A stretch of 64,000 nt of DNA, from assembly GCA_030390025.1 (NCBI GenBank), contig CM059433.1, positions 15,688,001 through 15,752,000 of the forward strand, read 5' to 3'. A program made the position numbers and the translations under genes. Source of the DNA: Squalus acanthias. Its lineage: Eukaryota. Position 1 is the first letter of the stretch; each line of letters opens with the position of its first letter. The notes beneath the pieces are model-generated. The model saw only the letters and a list, made by a program, of their open reading frames with translations, made no database searches and was not told where the DNA came from. Below are positions 46,101 to 59,221 of the stretch, in pieces.

Positions 46101-46940
46101 CACTGGAGATTGCTGGAGTGGTGGACGTTCCGGAAGTGGGGGACGGAGAGAGGGGCTCAGTAGAAGAAGCTGGTGATGGAATGAATTTCCATACAATTGC
46201 ATGCCTTTCATCATTGCCTCATATGGGCTGTGATGTCAAGACAAGATGAATGCTCATCATGTAGATAATGGTATGTGTCTGCAGTAGACATCCTGTATAT
46301 CTAACTGATGTCTTCACTCTCCCACAGGTCCAACAAGAGCCCCCTCCCCAATGTCCAGGAGCAACAGCAAGAAGACTCCTCAGAGGAGTCTCCTGCCTCT
46401 GAGGGTGCAGCGTCACCTCAGACAATGCAACCCAGCACCAGCGCAGAGTCGCACACCTCGGTGGGTACGTTGCGAGATAGAGTAGTGTTGTCACCTGGTG
46501 TCTCACAGATCACAACTGAGCAGCAGCAGATGGTGGAGACAGGGACAGCATTGGAGACTCCTCGTCGAAGGGTGCAGGAGTCTCCTAGCTCTGCTCAGCT
46601 GCTTGCAGAAACTGAGCCTCGGGGGCCATCCAGGAAGAGGGCGATCCTGGAGCTGCAGAAACAAGTGCAGGAGGCTCTGACTGGTTTTGCAACGGCGGTG
46701 ACTGCGAGTGTGCAGAGAATGGAGGAGTCCATCTCCAGCATGAGCATCACTGTGGTGCACACACTGGCAACTATAGCTTCCTCCATGGATAGGATGGCCA
46801 CCTGCATGGAGGAGACACGGCGCCAGTCGCATGAGAATATGCTTTCTCTTCAAAATAGATGCTCATCTGTGGAGGAGAGATGGGGAAAAATGGAGGAGAG
46901 ATGGGCATCTATGGAGGAGAGAAACCAGAGGCTCATAGAC

Positions 46941-48320
46941 ATAAGAACATAAGAACATAAGAAACAGGAGCAGGAGTAGGCCAATCGGCCCCTCGAGCCT
47001 GCTCCGCCATTCAATAAGATCATGGCTGATCCAATCTTGGCCTCAACACCACTTTCCCGCTCTCTCCCCATACCACTCGACTCCCTTGCAGTTCAAATGT
47101 CTGTCAATCTCCGCCTTGAATATACTCAATGACTCCGCCTCCACCGCGCTTTGGGGTAGAGAATTCCAAAGATTCACGACCCTCTGAGAGAAGAAATTCC
47201 TCCTCATCTCTGTCTTAAATGGGCGACCCCTTATTCTGAAACTATGCCCCCTAGTTCTAGATACCCCCACTAGGGGAAACATCCTCTCCGCATCTACCCT
47301 GTCAATCCCCCTCAGAATCTTATATGTTTCAATAAGATCACCTCTCATACTTCTAAACTCCAATGAGTATCGGCCCAACCTGCTCAACCTTTCATCATAC
47401 GTCAACCCCTTCATCCCAGGAATCAACCTAGTGAACCTTCTCTGCACTGCCTCCAATGCAAGTATATCCTTCCTTAAATATGGAGACCAAAACTGTACAC
47501 AGTACTCCAAGTGCGGTCTCACCAGCGCCCTGTAAAGTTGCATCAAAACTTCCCTACTTTTATACTCCATACCCCTTGCAATAAAGGCCAACATGCCATT
47601 GGCCTTCCTAATTACTTGCTGTACCTGCATGCTAACTTTTTGTGTTTCATGTACTAGGACCCCCAGATCCCTTTGTATCGCAGCATTTTGTAGTCTCACT
47701 CCATTTAAATAATAATTTGCTTTTTCATTCTTCCTTCCAAAGTGGATAACCTCACATTTTCTCACATTATACTCCATCTGCAAAATTTTTGCCCACTCAC
47801 TTAACCTATCTATATCGCTTTGCAGACTGTCCTCCTCACAACTTGCTAACTCACATATCTTTGTATCATCAGCAAATTTGGCTACAGTACACTTGGTCCC
47901 TTCATCCAAGTCATTAATATAGATTGTAAATAGTTGAGGCCCCAGCACTGACCCCTGTGGCACCCCACTAGTTACTGATTGCCAACCAGAAAATGACCCG
48001 TTTATCCCGTCTCTCTGTTTTCTGTTAGTTAGCCAATCCTCTAGCCATGCCAATATATTACCCCCAACCTCGTGCGCTCTTATCTTGTGCAGTAACCTTT
48101 TATGTGGCATCTTATCGAATGCCTTCTGGAAATCCAAATACACTACATCTACTGGTTCCCCTTTATCCACCCTGTTTGTTACATCCTCAAAGAGCTCTAG
48201 CAAATTTGTCAAACACGATTTCCCTTTCATAAAACCATGTTGACTCTGCTTGATTGTCTTATGATTTTCTAAGTGTCCTGCTATTACCTCCTTAATAATG
48301 GATTCCAGCATTTTCCCAAT
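46941..48320 (-). mobile_element. Young CR1 LINE family B, 5'-truncated
   Basis: Uninterrupted RT frame; 3' terminal 8-nt repeat (GTTCTTAT)n. Confidence 0.95.
47043..48311 (-). CDS. CR1 ORF2 reverse transcriptase fragment (422 aa, no endonuclease; probably not expressed)
   Basis: QHGF..KSCLTNL, YLDFQKAFD, SGVPQGSVLGP, KFADDT, RPHLEYC. Confidence 0.85.
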   Translation of the reverse strand: MLESIIKEVIAGHLENHKTIKQSQHGFMKGKSCLTNLLELFEDVTNRVDKGEPVDVVYLDFQKAFDKMPHKRLLHKIRAHEVGGNILAWLEDWLTNRKQRDGINGSFSGWQSVTSGVPQGSVLGPQLFTIYINDLDEGTKCTVAKFADDTKICELASCEEDSLQSDIDRLSEWAKILQMEYNVRKCEVIHFGRKNEKANYYLNGVRLQNAAIQRDLGVLVHETQKVSMQVQQVIRKANGMLAFIARGMEYKSREVLMQLYRALVRPHLEYCVQFWSPYLRKDILALEAVQRRFTRLIPGMKGLTYDERLSRLGRYSLEFRSMRGDLIETYKILRGIDRVDAERMFPLVGVSRTRGHSFRIRGRPFKTEMRRNFFSQRVVNLWNSLPQSAVEAESLSIFKAEIDRHLNCKGVEWYGERAGKWC

Positions 48321-48801
48321 TTCCTACATCCTTTGCAGGAGGGATATCAGTATAGAGGTGGGCCCTCATGGCCCCACTGAAGTGCAGCAAGGTGCTCTCC
48401 AGCTACTTGCCAGTAAGGAAGTGCGGGTGGCCCATGAGAGGGATGACCACCAAAGGCATCTAAGCAGGCGCAGCATGGAGATGAGCAGGCTGCCTCTACC
48501 TCTGCTGAAGCCGCAGGGGTAGCACGACATAGAAGCACCCGGAAAAGAAATATCCCACACAAATAGTCACAAGGGTAGTCACTCGGGTGTGTCTTTCTTT
48601 ATCAATGTCATGTTAATATTCTATGAAGTAATGTTAATAAATCATCTAATTGTCACACTTGGAGGTCATTGGCAAATTTGTGTGATGAAATGGAAGTGGC
48701 AGAGTGAAGAGTCGGGCTCATTTTACACCCAGCAATGGTGGTGAGAGTCAAAACAAGAGATGAATCATTGTTTGACTGCTGCATGGTGCTGGTGTTGATG
48801 T

Positions 48802-50373
48802 TGTAAAGGGTTCTGTTCCGTGCTTCTTCTAGGTGCTTGTGCGGGGTTAGGCCTTATTGCTTGCTCTGGTCTCCAGCCAGCCTTGTAGCACTAAACACCT
48901 GTGAGTGGTTCGACCCACTCGCTCTTACGGTTCTGACACTGGACTTAGGTGCGAGAGCAGTAATGCAGAGAAAACTCAGGTAGACCCGGTTGAATAGTAC
49001 GAAATGGAAATCTTTATTGCATATTGTTCAAATTTACGAAATACATGTCATAAGCACAGATTAATGACAGTACAAGCTTACATACATTTATAAAACTAGG
49101 TTTAGGGAAACGAGGAGCGCACGACACATTGTAAAAGGGGACACACATTATAATTATCCTTAATAAAACCCCCCTCCCCTATCAATGCCTGCTCTAATCT
49201 AGATCTGTAGGATCTAGAAACATGCTCACCACTCGTAATACCTCGGAGAATTCTAAAACGGTGCTCGGCTGTTTTCGACGCAACACCTGACCGTTCACGT
49301 GTTGACCAGGGGTCTCTGTACCCCACTTGTTTATTTGCTCTGCTCCGGCTAGCAGGCTAGACCGTCTGCTGCCATGAAGATCTGTGTTGACCTCGGATTC
49401 CTGATCAAAACCTATAGAGTTCAACAATGTTCTTATATTTCGGGCGCGGTCGGGGTTTACTGACCGCGGTGGCACGTGGCATCTTCTTTTTCTTCTTGTC
49501 TTGTCTTGTTTCGTCGGGCCTTCGAGTCCCTACACCGTTTACCGACCCTCGGGATGGTGCACCCGCTTACCGGCCTTCGCAGTCCAGCTCTTCACAGATC
49601 TTCTCGGCGAGCCACGAGGTTGACTCCCGAAAAATCAGTGGAACCAGAGTTCGGTGGGCAACAAGAGCACAAGAGTTCAGCACGAGTCAATAGTCAGCAG
49701 AGATAAGGGTCGGTTCAAGCGAATAAGCGAGTCAAGAGACCGATGGACATTTGTTCACTATAGTTATAGTGCTGGGTTCTCTTATCTCCCGCTCAAATCT
49801 TAATGTTTGTCCTTTGTGTAATACTGGTGCACAAAACTCCCAGCATGGGGTGATTCTTTCCTTTAATGGGTTTCGGTAGCACCTTAAACTGGCGAACTAT
49901 CCGTTAATGTTTTCCCCATTGTCGAACCGGCTAGGAGCCTCCCTGACTGGTTTTGGGGCCTCCTCGAATACTGACTTAATCACCCGAGAATGGCTCTCTC
50001 ATTGTAGAGCCGTGGGGAATTTGCGTATTGATGTATCTGGATGGGCCTTCGATTGCCCAGTACAATGGTCCTTACTTGTGCATGGAAAACGATTCCAACA
50101 CTTATCTCTTGCTATTGTGTCGAATGCAGACAGGTTGCATCCTGTCTTTATCAGTGTTTGCTGCGTATTAACCAATCTTATACTGAAATGTTTATTCGAA
50201 CGCCATCTTGTCTGCCCACTGAAAATTCTGGAAGCTCCTGCCACGAGGCGCGGCGGCCATTTTACAGGCTTCTGTGTCCTGTTTAATCATGACAGCATTT
50301 CGTTGAAATAAAACTGATGAAACGAATCTGCTTTATCTCGTTATTTCGAATCGCGATAATTGCGAATTTTACA
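48802..50373 (-). mobile_element. Long (1572-bp) solo LTR of an unidentified LTR element or ERV
   Basis: TGTAAA...TTTACA termini, 4-bp flanks atgt/gtgt, interrupts the Harbinger inter-gene region; minus-strand TATA-like (~49760), GTAAG donor (~49570) and AATAAA (49013-49018). Confidence 0.75.
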
Positions 50374-50433
50374 GTGTTGGGTGATGCACACCTGCGTATG
50401 TGCATGGCAGCCACATGTATGAGATGCATGAAG

Positions 50434-51681
50434 TTATTGAAATCTGCAATTGATACGGGTATCCCTGGCGTGACGGGCAGCAACATGCCCGCGTACTAGT
50501 CGCAATGGGACCACCGGCTCATCCAGGTGTTTCTCATCCTCGTAACCAATCTCATGTTGAGCCTCCTTATCCTCATCTTCCTCGTCCTCCGATGAGGCTC
50601 TGTGTTCAGCACCGTCTTCCTCATCCAGTACTAACCCTCGCTGCTGCGCTATGTTGTGCAGGGGGCAGCAGATGACGACTATTCGCAGGACCCTATCTCA
50701 TGCATACTGAAGGGCTCCTCCAGATCTGTCGAGACATCTGATGTGCATTTTGAGCAAGCCTATTGTCTGCTCGATGACACTTCTCGTGGAGATGTGGCTT
50801 TGATTATAACGTCCCTGAGGCTCATTTGTTGGCCTCCTCAAAGGTGTCCTGAGCCACGTCTTCGGGCGATAGGCCTTGTCTCCAAGCAGCCAGCCGCCAA
50901 GACTATTTGGCGGTGCGAAGAGCTGAGGGAGGGTGGACTGGCGCAGGATGTACGAGTCATGGCAGCTGCCAGGGAACTTGGCGCACACCTGGATGATAAT
51001 CTTCCTGTGGTTGCAGACCAGCTGCATGTTGAGGGAGTAGAAGCCCTTGCGGTTAACAAATACTACTGGGTTGTGATGGGGTGCCCTGATGGCCACATGT
51101 GTGCAGTCGATGACTCCCTGCATCCGTGAGAAGCCAGCTAGAGCGGCAAAGCCAAGCACATGTTCATTGACACTGGCTTCATCAGTGGCAAAATGAATAT
51201 AATTTACAGACTTCTTAAAGAGGGCATCGGTGACCTGTGTGATGCATCTGTGTGCGGCCGACTGCGAGATGCCACAAAGGTCTGCTGCAGATGCCTGGAA
51301 GGTGCCTGAGGCGAAGAAGTTGAGGGCAAGGGTGAATTTGACAGCCACTGGTAAGGATTGTCCACCCCTTCCTCTGGGCTGCAGGTCTTGCTCCAGTAAA
51401 GCGCAAATGTCGGAGACGACCTGGTGCGATAGCCTGAGCCTCCTTTGGCACTGCTGCTCCGTCATGTTGAGGAAGCTCATCCTCTGCCTGTATACCCTGT
51501 TTTGGGGGTATGGCCTCTGACTCAATGCAGCCCTGCACTGATGCCCTCTGCCCTGGGCAGCATCAGGCGGTTGAGGAGAAGGTTGGCGCTCTTGTTGCTG
51601 GTGTGGCTGGTTCTGCTGCTGCTGCGGCTGATCATCATCAGATTCGGGGGACCAAGGTGACAGAGCATAAACCGTGCCCAT
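50434..51681 (-). pseudogene. Harbinger DDE transposase, in frame with one premature stop (50698-50700)
   Basis: 327-aa ORF with [23 protein letters not shown] and RSVIEQTIG; the frame continues past the stop through CCPLHN and the acidic tail to TAA at 50434. Confidence 0.92.
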
Positions 51682-52364
51682 TCTGATGATTCATATGGCA
51701 GGTGAAGTTCAGATGACAGAACCAATCTATCAAGGGTTAAATATGATGTTGCAAGAAGGTGACAGTGAATAGAGAGTTTACTGCAAACACTTCCTGCAAA
51801 ATCTGTTCCAAATACTCAAGCCTGAAGCTTCTGAGAGTGGAAAGTGACCAGCTGTAAATTGGCAGGTTTTAAACCCCTTTTGCAGCTGTCACCTATTGAA
51901 AGAAATGAAGAGTTGTTCAGAACCCGACATACTTACCCGAGCGACAGGAACCTCATGGAAAACTTGAGAAGATACTTTGTGCCTGCAAAAATGGTGAGTA
52001 AATTGGTTTAAACACACTCTCAGCGAGCACAACTAAATGACCCGACACTTAGTGCCGTGTCTGCAAAGCACAGGCAGAGCCGGCACGAGGGAAACTCACA
52101 AGGAGGCGGGTTTAGAGCGGGATACCGCCCCCGCTGTCAATCATTTGGATTTTGACAGCGGACCCGCCTCCAAACCCGCCCTCTGAGCACCGGCCAAATT
52201 CAGCCCAATATGTGCTGCTAATAATTAACTTTTAAGAAGCTTCCGGAAACATGAAGTTTTGTGATTCAGAACACTTCATTATGATGTGTAACAATATTAG
52301 CATCTAGTACCCAAGTGATCTCAAGTTATATCAACCCATGAAGATTTGTGCCAAAACCTATAAA

Positions 52365-53662
52365 AACAACATCAACTATGACAACTTGTATTTATATAGC
52401 GTCTTTAACATAGTAAAACATCCCAAGGCACTTCACAGGAGCGTCATCAAACAAAATTTGACACCGAGCCACATAAGGAGATATTCGGGCAGAAAAGAGG
52501 TAGGTTTTAAGGAATGTCTTGAAGGAGGAAAGTGAGGTAGAAAGGCGAAGAGGTTTAGGGCAGGAATTCCAGAGTTTAGGGTCTTGGCAGCTGAAGGCAT
52601 GGCCGCCAATGGTGGAGCAAATAAAATTGGAGATGCTCAAGAGGCCAGAATTGGAGGAGCGCAGATATCTCGAAGGGTTGTAGGGCTGAAGGAGATTACA
52701 GCGATAGGGAGGGGCGAGGCCATGGAGGGATTTGAACACAAGGATGAGAATTTTAGAATTGAGATGTTCCTTGACCAGGAGCCAATGTAGGTCAGCGAGC
52801 ACAGGGGTGATGGGATTTGGCACGAGTTAGGACACAGGCAGCAGAGTTTTGGTTGACCTCGTGTTTACAGAGGGTAGAAAATGGGAGGCCAGCCAGGAGT
52901 GCGTTGGAACAGTCAAATCTAGAGGTAACAAAGGCATGGATGAGGGTTTCAGCAGCGGATGAGCTGAGGCAGGGCAGAGATGGGCGATGTTACGGAGGTG
53001 GAAATAGGCGGTCTTAGTGATGGCGCAGATATGTGGTCGGAAGCTGATCTCGGAGTCAAATACAACACCAAGGTTGCAAACAGTCTGGTTCAGCCTCAGA
53101 CAGATGCCAGGGAGAGGAATGGAGTCGGTGGCTAGGGAACAAGTTTGCAGTGGGAACCAAAGACAATGGCTTTGGTCTTCCCAATATTTAAAATTTCTGC
53201 TCATCCAGTACTGGATGTCGGACAAGCAGTCTGACAGTTTAGAGACAGCGGAGGGGTCGAGAGGAGTGGTGGTGAGGTAGAGCTGGGTGTCGTCAGCATA
53301 CACGTGGAAACTGACGCTGTGTTTTCAGATGATGTCGCTGAGGGGCAGCATGTAGATGAGAAATAGGAGGGGGCCAAGGATAGATCCTTGGGGGACACCA
53401 GAGGTAACGATGCGGGAGCGGGAAGAGAAGCCATTGCAGGTGATTCTCTGGCTATGACTGGATCGATAAGAATGGAACTAGGCGAGTGCAGTCCCACCCA
53501 GCTGGATGACAGTGAAGAAGCAATGGAGGAGGATGTGTGGTCCACCATGTCAAAGGCTGCAGACAAGTCGAGAAGGATGGGGAGGGATAGTTTAGCTTTG
53601 TCACAGTCACATAGGATGTCATTTGTGACTTTAATAAGAGCTACTTCGGTACTGTGTGGGGC
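52365..53662 (-). mobile_element. L2 LINE, 5'-truncated
   Basis: [40 protein letters not shown]2 tail. Confidence 0.92.
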
Positions 53663-54349
53663 AATAAAACATCAACATTATTTACCAAGAGATACTACCA
53701 TCGTCAGTAAAACCATATCTTATTCATGTGTAAGTACACCAAGCCATATTATTGTAACAAAGAATAATTTTCATATGCAATCCAGCAAGGAAGTCTAAGA
53801 AGTACAAGTTTCTATACACAATCTATGTATTTGCTATTGATAGAGGACTATAGTTCATTATCTTTCTCTCTACCACAAGGCAGTAGATGCATCCTAAATG
53901 TCAGTGAATGTATTTGCTGACTTGCCGTTGTATCAAGGTTTGGTTTATTGGAACGATGGTGTTTTGCCCATGTTTGAACATTATTCACTGACTGAGGAGT
54001 TTAGAGAAATTCAGAACACCAAACTTGAAACAAGTCCAGGAGAGTTTCTTGTGGAGATTAATCATGTTTTGAGTATGTACCCAGAGGATGCAGACACAGA
54101 GCATTTAGCTAGTTGAGCACCAGTTGGCTCTTACGTCATTTACCGAATATTTTTTTTAATTATTTTTGCTCATCCAAATACTACTAGAGTTTTGTTCGGG
54201 ATTTTTTTCAATTTAGCTGGTTGTCCATCAGTTAATTATAAATGTGCCCTGTGACATGTTAAAGCTTTAGATATTGCCAAGTGTTCACTGATGGCCACTT
54301 CCATTTTACTTAACCCAAGTTTCAAGAGCTAACAAAGAAGAATAAAGTA

Positions 54350-55445
54350 ATGAAAAACTGGTTAGAAGGGAAAAAACAGGAAGTAGGAGTTAAGGGCAGT
54401 TTCTCCGAGTGGTTGGTAGCATTGTCCCACTGACACATTCCATTAGCCTTTTAGATTATTTTTTATACCTGTGCACTAGCCTTTAATGAGTTGTGTACAT
54501 GGACATTTAAATCCCTTTGCTCCTCCACAGCACCTAGTCTCTCACCATTAAGAAAATATTCAGATTTATCTTTCTTGGATCCAAAGTGGATGACGTCATA
54601 TTTCCCCACATTGAACTCCATTTGCCATAGTTTTGCCAACTCACTAAGTCTGTCTATGTCCTGTTGTAAATTCCTGCTCCCATCTACACAACTTACTGTG
54701 CTGACTCTCTTTGATTACGTGCTCATTCATTTACTGTGCCTCCTAACTTAGAGCCATCTAAAACTTGGATATACAGCTCTCTATTCCTTCTTCAAGTCAT
54801 TGATATATAATGAAAACCTGAGGCCCTAGTACAAACCCCTGGGGAACACCACTTGTCACATCCCACCAATCAAAGCACATTCGCTTTATCCCTATCCTCT
54901 GTCTCCTGCCTCCCAACCAATTACCAAGCCATGCCACAAGTTTTCTGCCAATTCCATTCACTTTCATTTTTGCTAATAATCTGTTGAGCGGAGCTTTAAT
55001 AAATACCTTCTGGAAGTCAATATAAACAATACCCATAGACATTCCCTTACCCACCATTCTAGTGACTGCCTCAAAAGCTTTAACTAGATTAGTCAGACCT
55101 GACCTACCCTTCACAAATCCATGCTGACCCTTTGATCAGCTCATACTTGCCCGACTGCTCAGTCACTCTGTCTCTGAGGATAAATTCCAGAAACTTCCCC
55201 AGAATTGATGTTAAACTGATGGGTCTGTGGTTTCTCATTCCCTCCCCTCTTAAACAATGGAATGAAATTTGTCATTTTCAATCCAAGGAGACTATGTCAA
55301 TATTATATAAGTTGAAAAGGTGGATAAAGGGATAAGGGAACAGGTTGGGCACATGGGATTAGAACTCCTGTGAAGGATAAACACCAACATGCACTGGTTG
55401 GGCTAAATAGCCTGTTTCTGTGTTGTAATTTCTATGTATTTCTAC
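54350..55445. mobile_element. Old CR1 fragments in mixed orientation
   Basis: Minus-strand RT (YIDFQKVF, SGVPQGFVLGP; ~54420-55290) between a short plus-strand RT piece and a plus-strand 3' tail (~55300-55445). Confidence 0.7.
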
Positions 55446-56290
55446 GTACCGTTCCAGTGGAAGATTGTTTATTTTTTAAAGAAAATTTTGCTGCACAACA
55501 GGCATCTGTACAAACAAAAAAACGTATTTGAAATAATCAATAAGGACATAGTAGGAAACAATTATATCAAATAGAGGGGAATATATTCTTCCCAATAGTG
55601 AAATCCAGCAATTGAATCATAAAAAATAAACCAATATACAGACCAGAAGCAATATCTGCCATTATTGATTGTAGATATATCTGTTATCTAAACAATGAAG
55701 ACAGTGCTCTCAATAACCAGTTGAAGATGAGTCCTTTAGTAAACCTTCTGGGTAACCCTATAACCTTGAGTAGAAGGAACCAGACCTGTCAATATTTTGG
55801 ATATTTACTCGGCCAAAATGGTCACTCATTCCAGAGTTCGTACCTCTTGTAATTTCTCCAGCTATCTATCCAGATTTCATCAGGAAACTCCAATTTCAAA
55901 GGATGTTCCTCCTGGTAATTAGCAGGTCTTGCAGAAGGAATCACATTCTTTATCCGTACCGCTTCACTGACATCAAAGCAAGGACACCCAAAATTGGCAG
56001 AGTGGGAAGAAAAGGTGGTCTTACCTGGAAATGACTTTGATGGAGGAAAAAAACATCTTCCAGAATACTTTTGACAATGGATACTTTCTCGCCTCACAAT
56101 TAAAGAATGTCAAGTTGCAAGATAAATAAAATGTGATTTTTTTCACCTGCCCCTGTTAGAGAAGCAGTGCATGCAAGTGAATTAATTTTAATACATTTTG
56201 GCACATGTGGTATGCATGCTTTAATAAGCGTATTGATCTTTGTGTGTCAGGAACTTTTGCATCTTGCTTCTCCACATTCCTTTAGGAAAC

Positions 56291-56470
56291 TTAGTAACAT
56301 AGGAACAGGAGTAGGCCATTCAGCCCTTCAATTAGCTAATGGTCGATCTGTACCTCAGTTTCTTTTACCCGCTTTAGCTCCAGATTCCTTGATACCCTTA
56401 CCTAACAAAAATCTATTCATCTTAGTCTTGAAAATTTCAATTGATCCAGCATTCACAACCTATTTGGGAA
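56291..56470 (-). mobile_element. Old CR1 3' fragment
   Basis: aacataggaacaggagtaggccattcagccc tail. Confidence 0.7.
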
Positions 56471-59221
56471 GTGCTCCCCTATTGAGAGAGTAGCAGTGGT
56501 GGGCGACTGGACAGCCTATTGGTGACCTGCATGGAATCCGGACGGTCTGCTAATTGTACCCATGATGAACACTGAGGAGTCTCTTATGATGGAGTCACTT
56601 TAGACTATAGAGCCTCAGACATGGCACTAACATGAGTGATAACCAACTGAATAAAAATCTAGGAAAATATTCTCCTCTATTCACTAAATTTTGTTAACAA
56701 GTAGATGTGACTGCAAAAGCAGGAGTCATCGCTTCAGACTGAAATCTACTTTTTAACTTAAATTAGGAAATGGAGCCCTAGGAGAGTAACACTACCTTCA
56801 GATATATGATGGCAGATTCCTCACATTGGGAATGGTCTGTACTGTCGCAAACCTCCTGCCTGCTCCTTTTGGACGTTTCGGTATTCGATTAATTCTTATT
56901 AAGATTGTCTAAAGACATTCCAAAGACAAGGAAGCAAATGATTTTGAACAAGCTTCTTTCAAGGGGTTCAAAGCTTTCATGCAATACAAATTTTGCAAAA
57001 ATGTGTCTTATGTGAGAATAAAAAGTTACTTCAGAGTCAAGTTTTTTCTCTCTGGTCCTCTGAAGAATTGATGCACATTATGTGGCCACTATGCACTGGT
57101 TAATGTTACTTTAAATCCACCTAACTGGAGGAGTGGCAGTCAGTACAGTGATCAGTGGATGATGTGCCGGTTAGATAACCAGACAAGGTTGGTGTTCGGA
57201 CCATGCGACCGCACGGGGTCCCAAGCCAATCAGAAGTCCCAAGCGGATCCAGTGAATATTTAATATCATTGTCTAATAGACTATAGGGGCCGAAACCAAA
57301 CCTTTGCACCAGGTCCCTTCAAGGCAAGTGCTGCTGCTGTGACCAGAACATGAACAGGAAAACTAATGGGAATGCTTCCTGTCCTGTTTGACCTCCTGGG
57401 TACAACATTCTTCAACAGCAGTGAGTTAGAAAGTGATACCCTGTACATATGTGACTAAAATGAGGGTTTTTTTCAAATGAAAAGTTCTATCCTTTTTAGT
57501 CAACTCTCACTTAACAGAGATGACACAACTTAAGGCAAGATGCATTGTTTTAAGTGGAAACACAATTTTAAATAGTTTCACCTTTTTGAAAGGCTTATGG
57601 CAAATTATTGTTACTTTGTGAATATTATTGATGCAACAGGCAAACAACAAAAAACGTATACTTTTGAAGAGAACAGTTATTTCTCACTGCAACATTGCAT
57701 GAAAATTATGCTTGTGATATGATAGTTCATCTTAATGCACCTTATATACTGATAGAACAAAAATGGTTTGCCAAATACTTATAAATGCAACTTCTGTCCC
57801 TTTAAACTATTTGGGGAAGGTTGTAAACATTTTCTGATTCATTATAAAATAAAGATACTTCACGAATCTAAGGTGACAACTCAGTTTAAGCTATCCTTTG
57901 ATCCTCCAATTATTTAATGACAATGACAAATTGAGATTGGGTAAATCCCATGCCCTTTGTTTTAATTACCAGCAGTGACGTACATAGGGGAGAAATGTCT
58001 CACATATCTATTAAAACACAGATTCTATCTCAAGGCTTAAATCCCATTTACAGTGAAGTTAATTGTGACAAATTAGATTCCCAGTGCTGTCAGTCATATC
58101 GGATTAGTTGCATAGCGGCTGGAGAGCCCTGAAGAGTAATGATCATTCGTGTACACACATTGAGGCAAACTTTCATTCACAAAAACAAAAGAGAATTACA
58201 AGTATTGACCTATTTGCGTTCAGGAAGAAAGTATGTGTTCTCCACATCCGGAGCCAAATGCAATCAAGCCATTGCTAAATGTCAGCGAACCACCTCATCA
58301 ATCACTTCAAGAGCCTTTCTGCAACAGTGACTAGACTAGTTTAATAAGACAGCCCTATATTGTGCGTGACTCACGCTAAAGAATCATGACAGTCTAGAAT
58401 GGTGAAAATAGACACTCGTCATAAGATGCACCTTTTGACGGGGTTGTTATCTGTTACTGTTTTCTTTATCATCTTACATAAGCAGATGGGAATAGCTTGT
58501 GCAGTGGGATTTATATGACAAAGTGTTATCAATATTATAAGATGGAGTTTATTGTAGTTGTAACACAGATATGTTTTTCCTTCTCCCAAATGACTGCCTT
58601 TAACAGGATGCACTGAATTATGCTTTCTGCTGCTAGTGCCCATTAAATTGGAGGAAAAACTACAATAAAGTGTAAGCTGGAGGTTTTAGTACTGTTCTGA
58701 GTTTTCCATCCTGTGAAAAAATAATTTATGTCTACAAATGCTTAATTGCTTTTTTAACACCCACTGCTTAATAACACCAATAAAGGGTTTGTAAATGGTA
58801 CCTAATCCCAATTAGTGATGTTTTCCACTGGCAATAAATTCTCTACTAGCCCCTGTTGCTCTCAATCGGAAATGGAGTTATTAAATCTCTGCGATAGACG
58901 AATATGTTGGTGAGCTTTACAGCTGCAATATGTGCAATCCCCTGCTGCTGTAACAGACAGAGGCAGGGTGGGAATTAAAGGTATCACTGAAGACTCATGA
59001 TCACCTCTTATTAACTATGTCCGTGTATACAGGCCAAGCAACTACCTGTCCTTCAAGGGCTGAAGTTGTCCAAGGAGTTGCTTACCAAGGTGAAGATAAG
59101 GTACAGAAGAGAGAAACTACATGTTGCAACCATGACTCATGAGTGACTTCCATGCACAACTAACCTACCATGGCTAAGGTGCAGTCGAACAAAGCTCATT
59201 TCCACACAGCCTCATTATAAT

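Larger units (their letters stand above)
45446..48566 (+). pseudogene. Harbinger Myb/SANT gene, three exons, split by CR1
   Basis: Exon 1 to the GTGAGT donor at 45670 (APRFTDE...KRFNDL); exon 2 after ttgcag at ~46010 (EKIAHNKRER); exon 3 after cccacag at 46328. Confidence 0.82.
45150..52206. mobile_element. Full-length PIF/Harbinger transposon with nested CR1 and solo LTR
   Basis: TIRs ggccgtgatttcgcc / ggccaaattcagccc, TSD AAT on both sides, convergent Myb (+) and transposase (-) genes. Confidence 0.9.

Noticed and set aside
50261..50266. Alternative right end of the long solo LTR
   Set aside because: The flank ggct does not match atgt, and Harbinger sequence only resumes after 50373.
50698..51681. 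Domesticated host HARBI1, or NAIF1/MSANTD for the Myb ORFs
   Set aside because: Lies within TIRs and a TSD, has a premature stop, and has several decayed relatives in the window.
53898..54116. 72-aa ORF as a host exon
   Set aside because: No recognisable domain, GTG/ATG context and splice signals unconvincing; length is compatible with chance.
55500..56097. Minus-strand ORF 55822-56097 and downstream hydrophobic frame
   Set aside because: Multiple stops and no family I can recognise; needs a homology search.
56562..56650. C/D-box snoRNA (ATGATGA...CTGA)
   Set aside because: No terminal stem, D' only 3 nt from the C box, and no recognisable rRNA guide.
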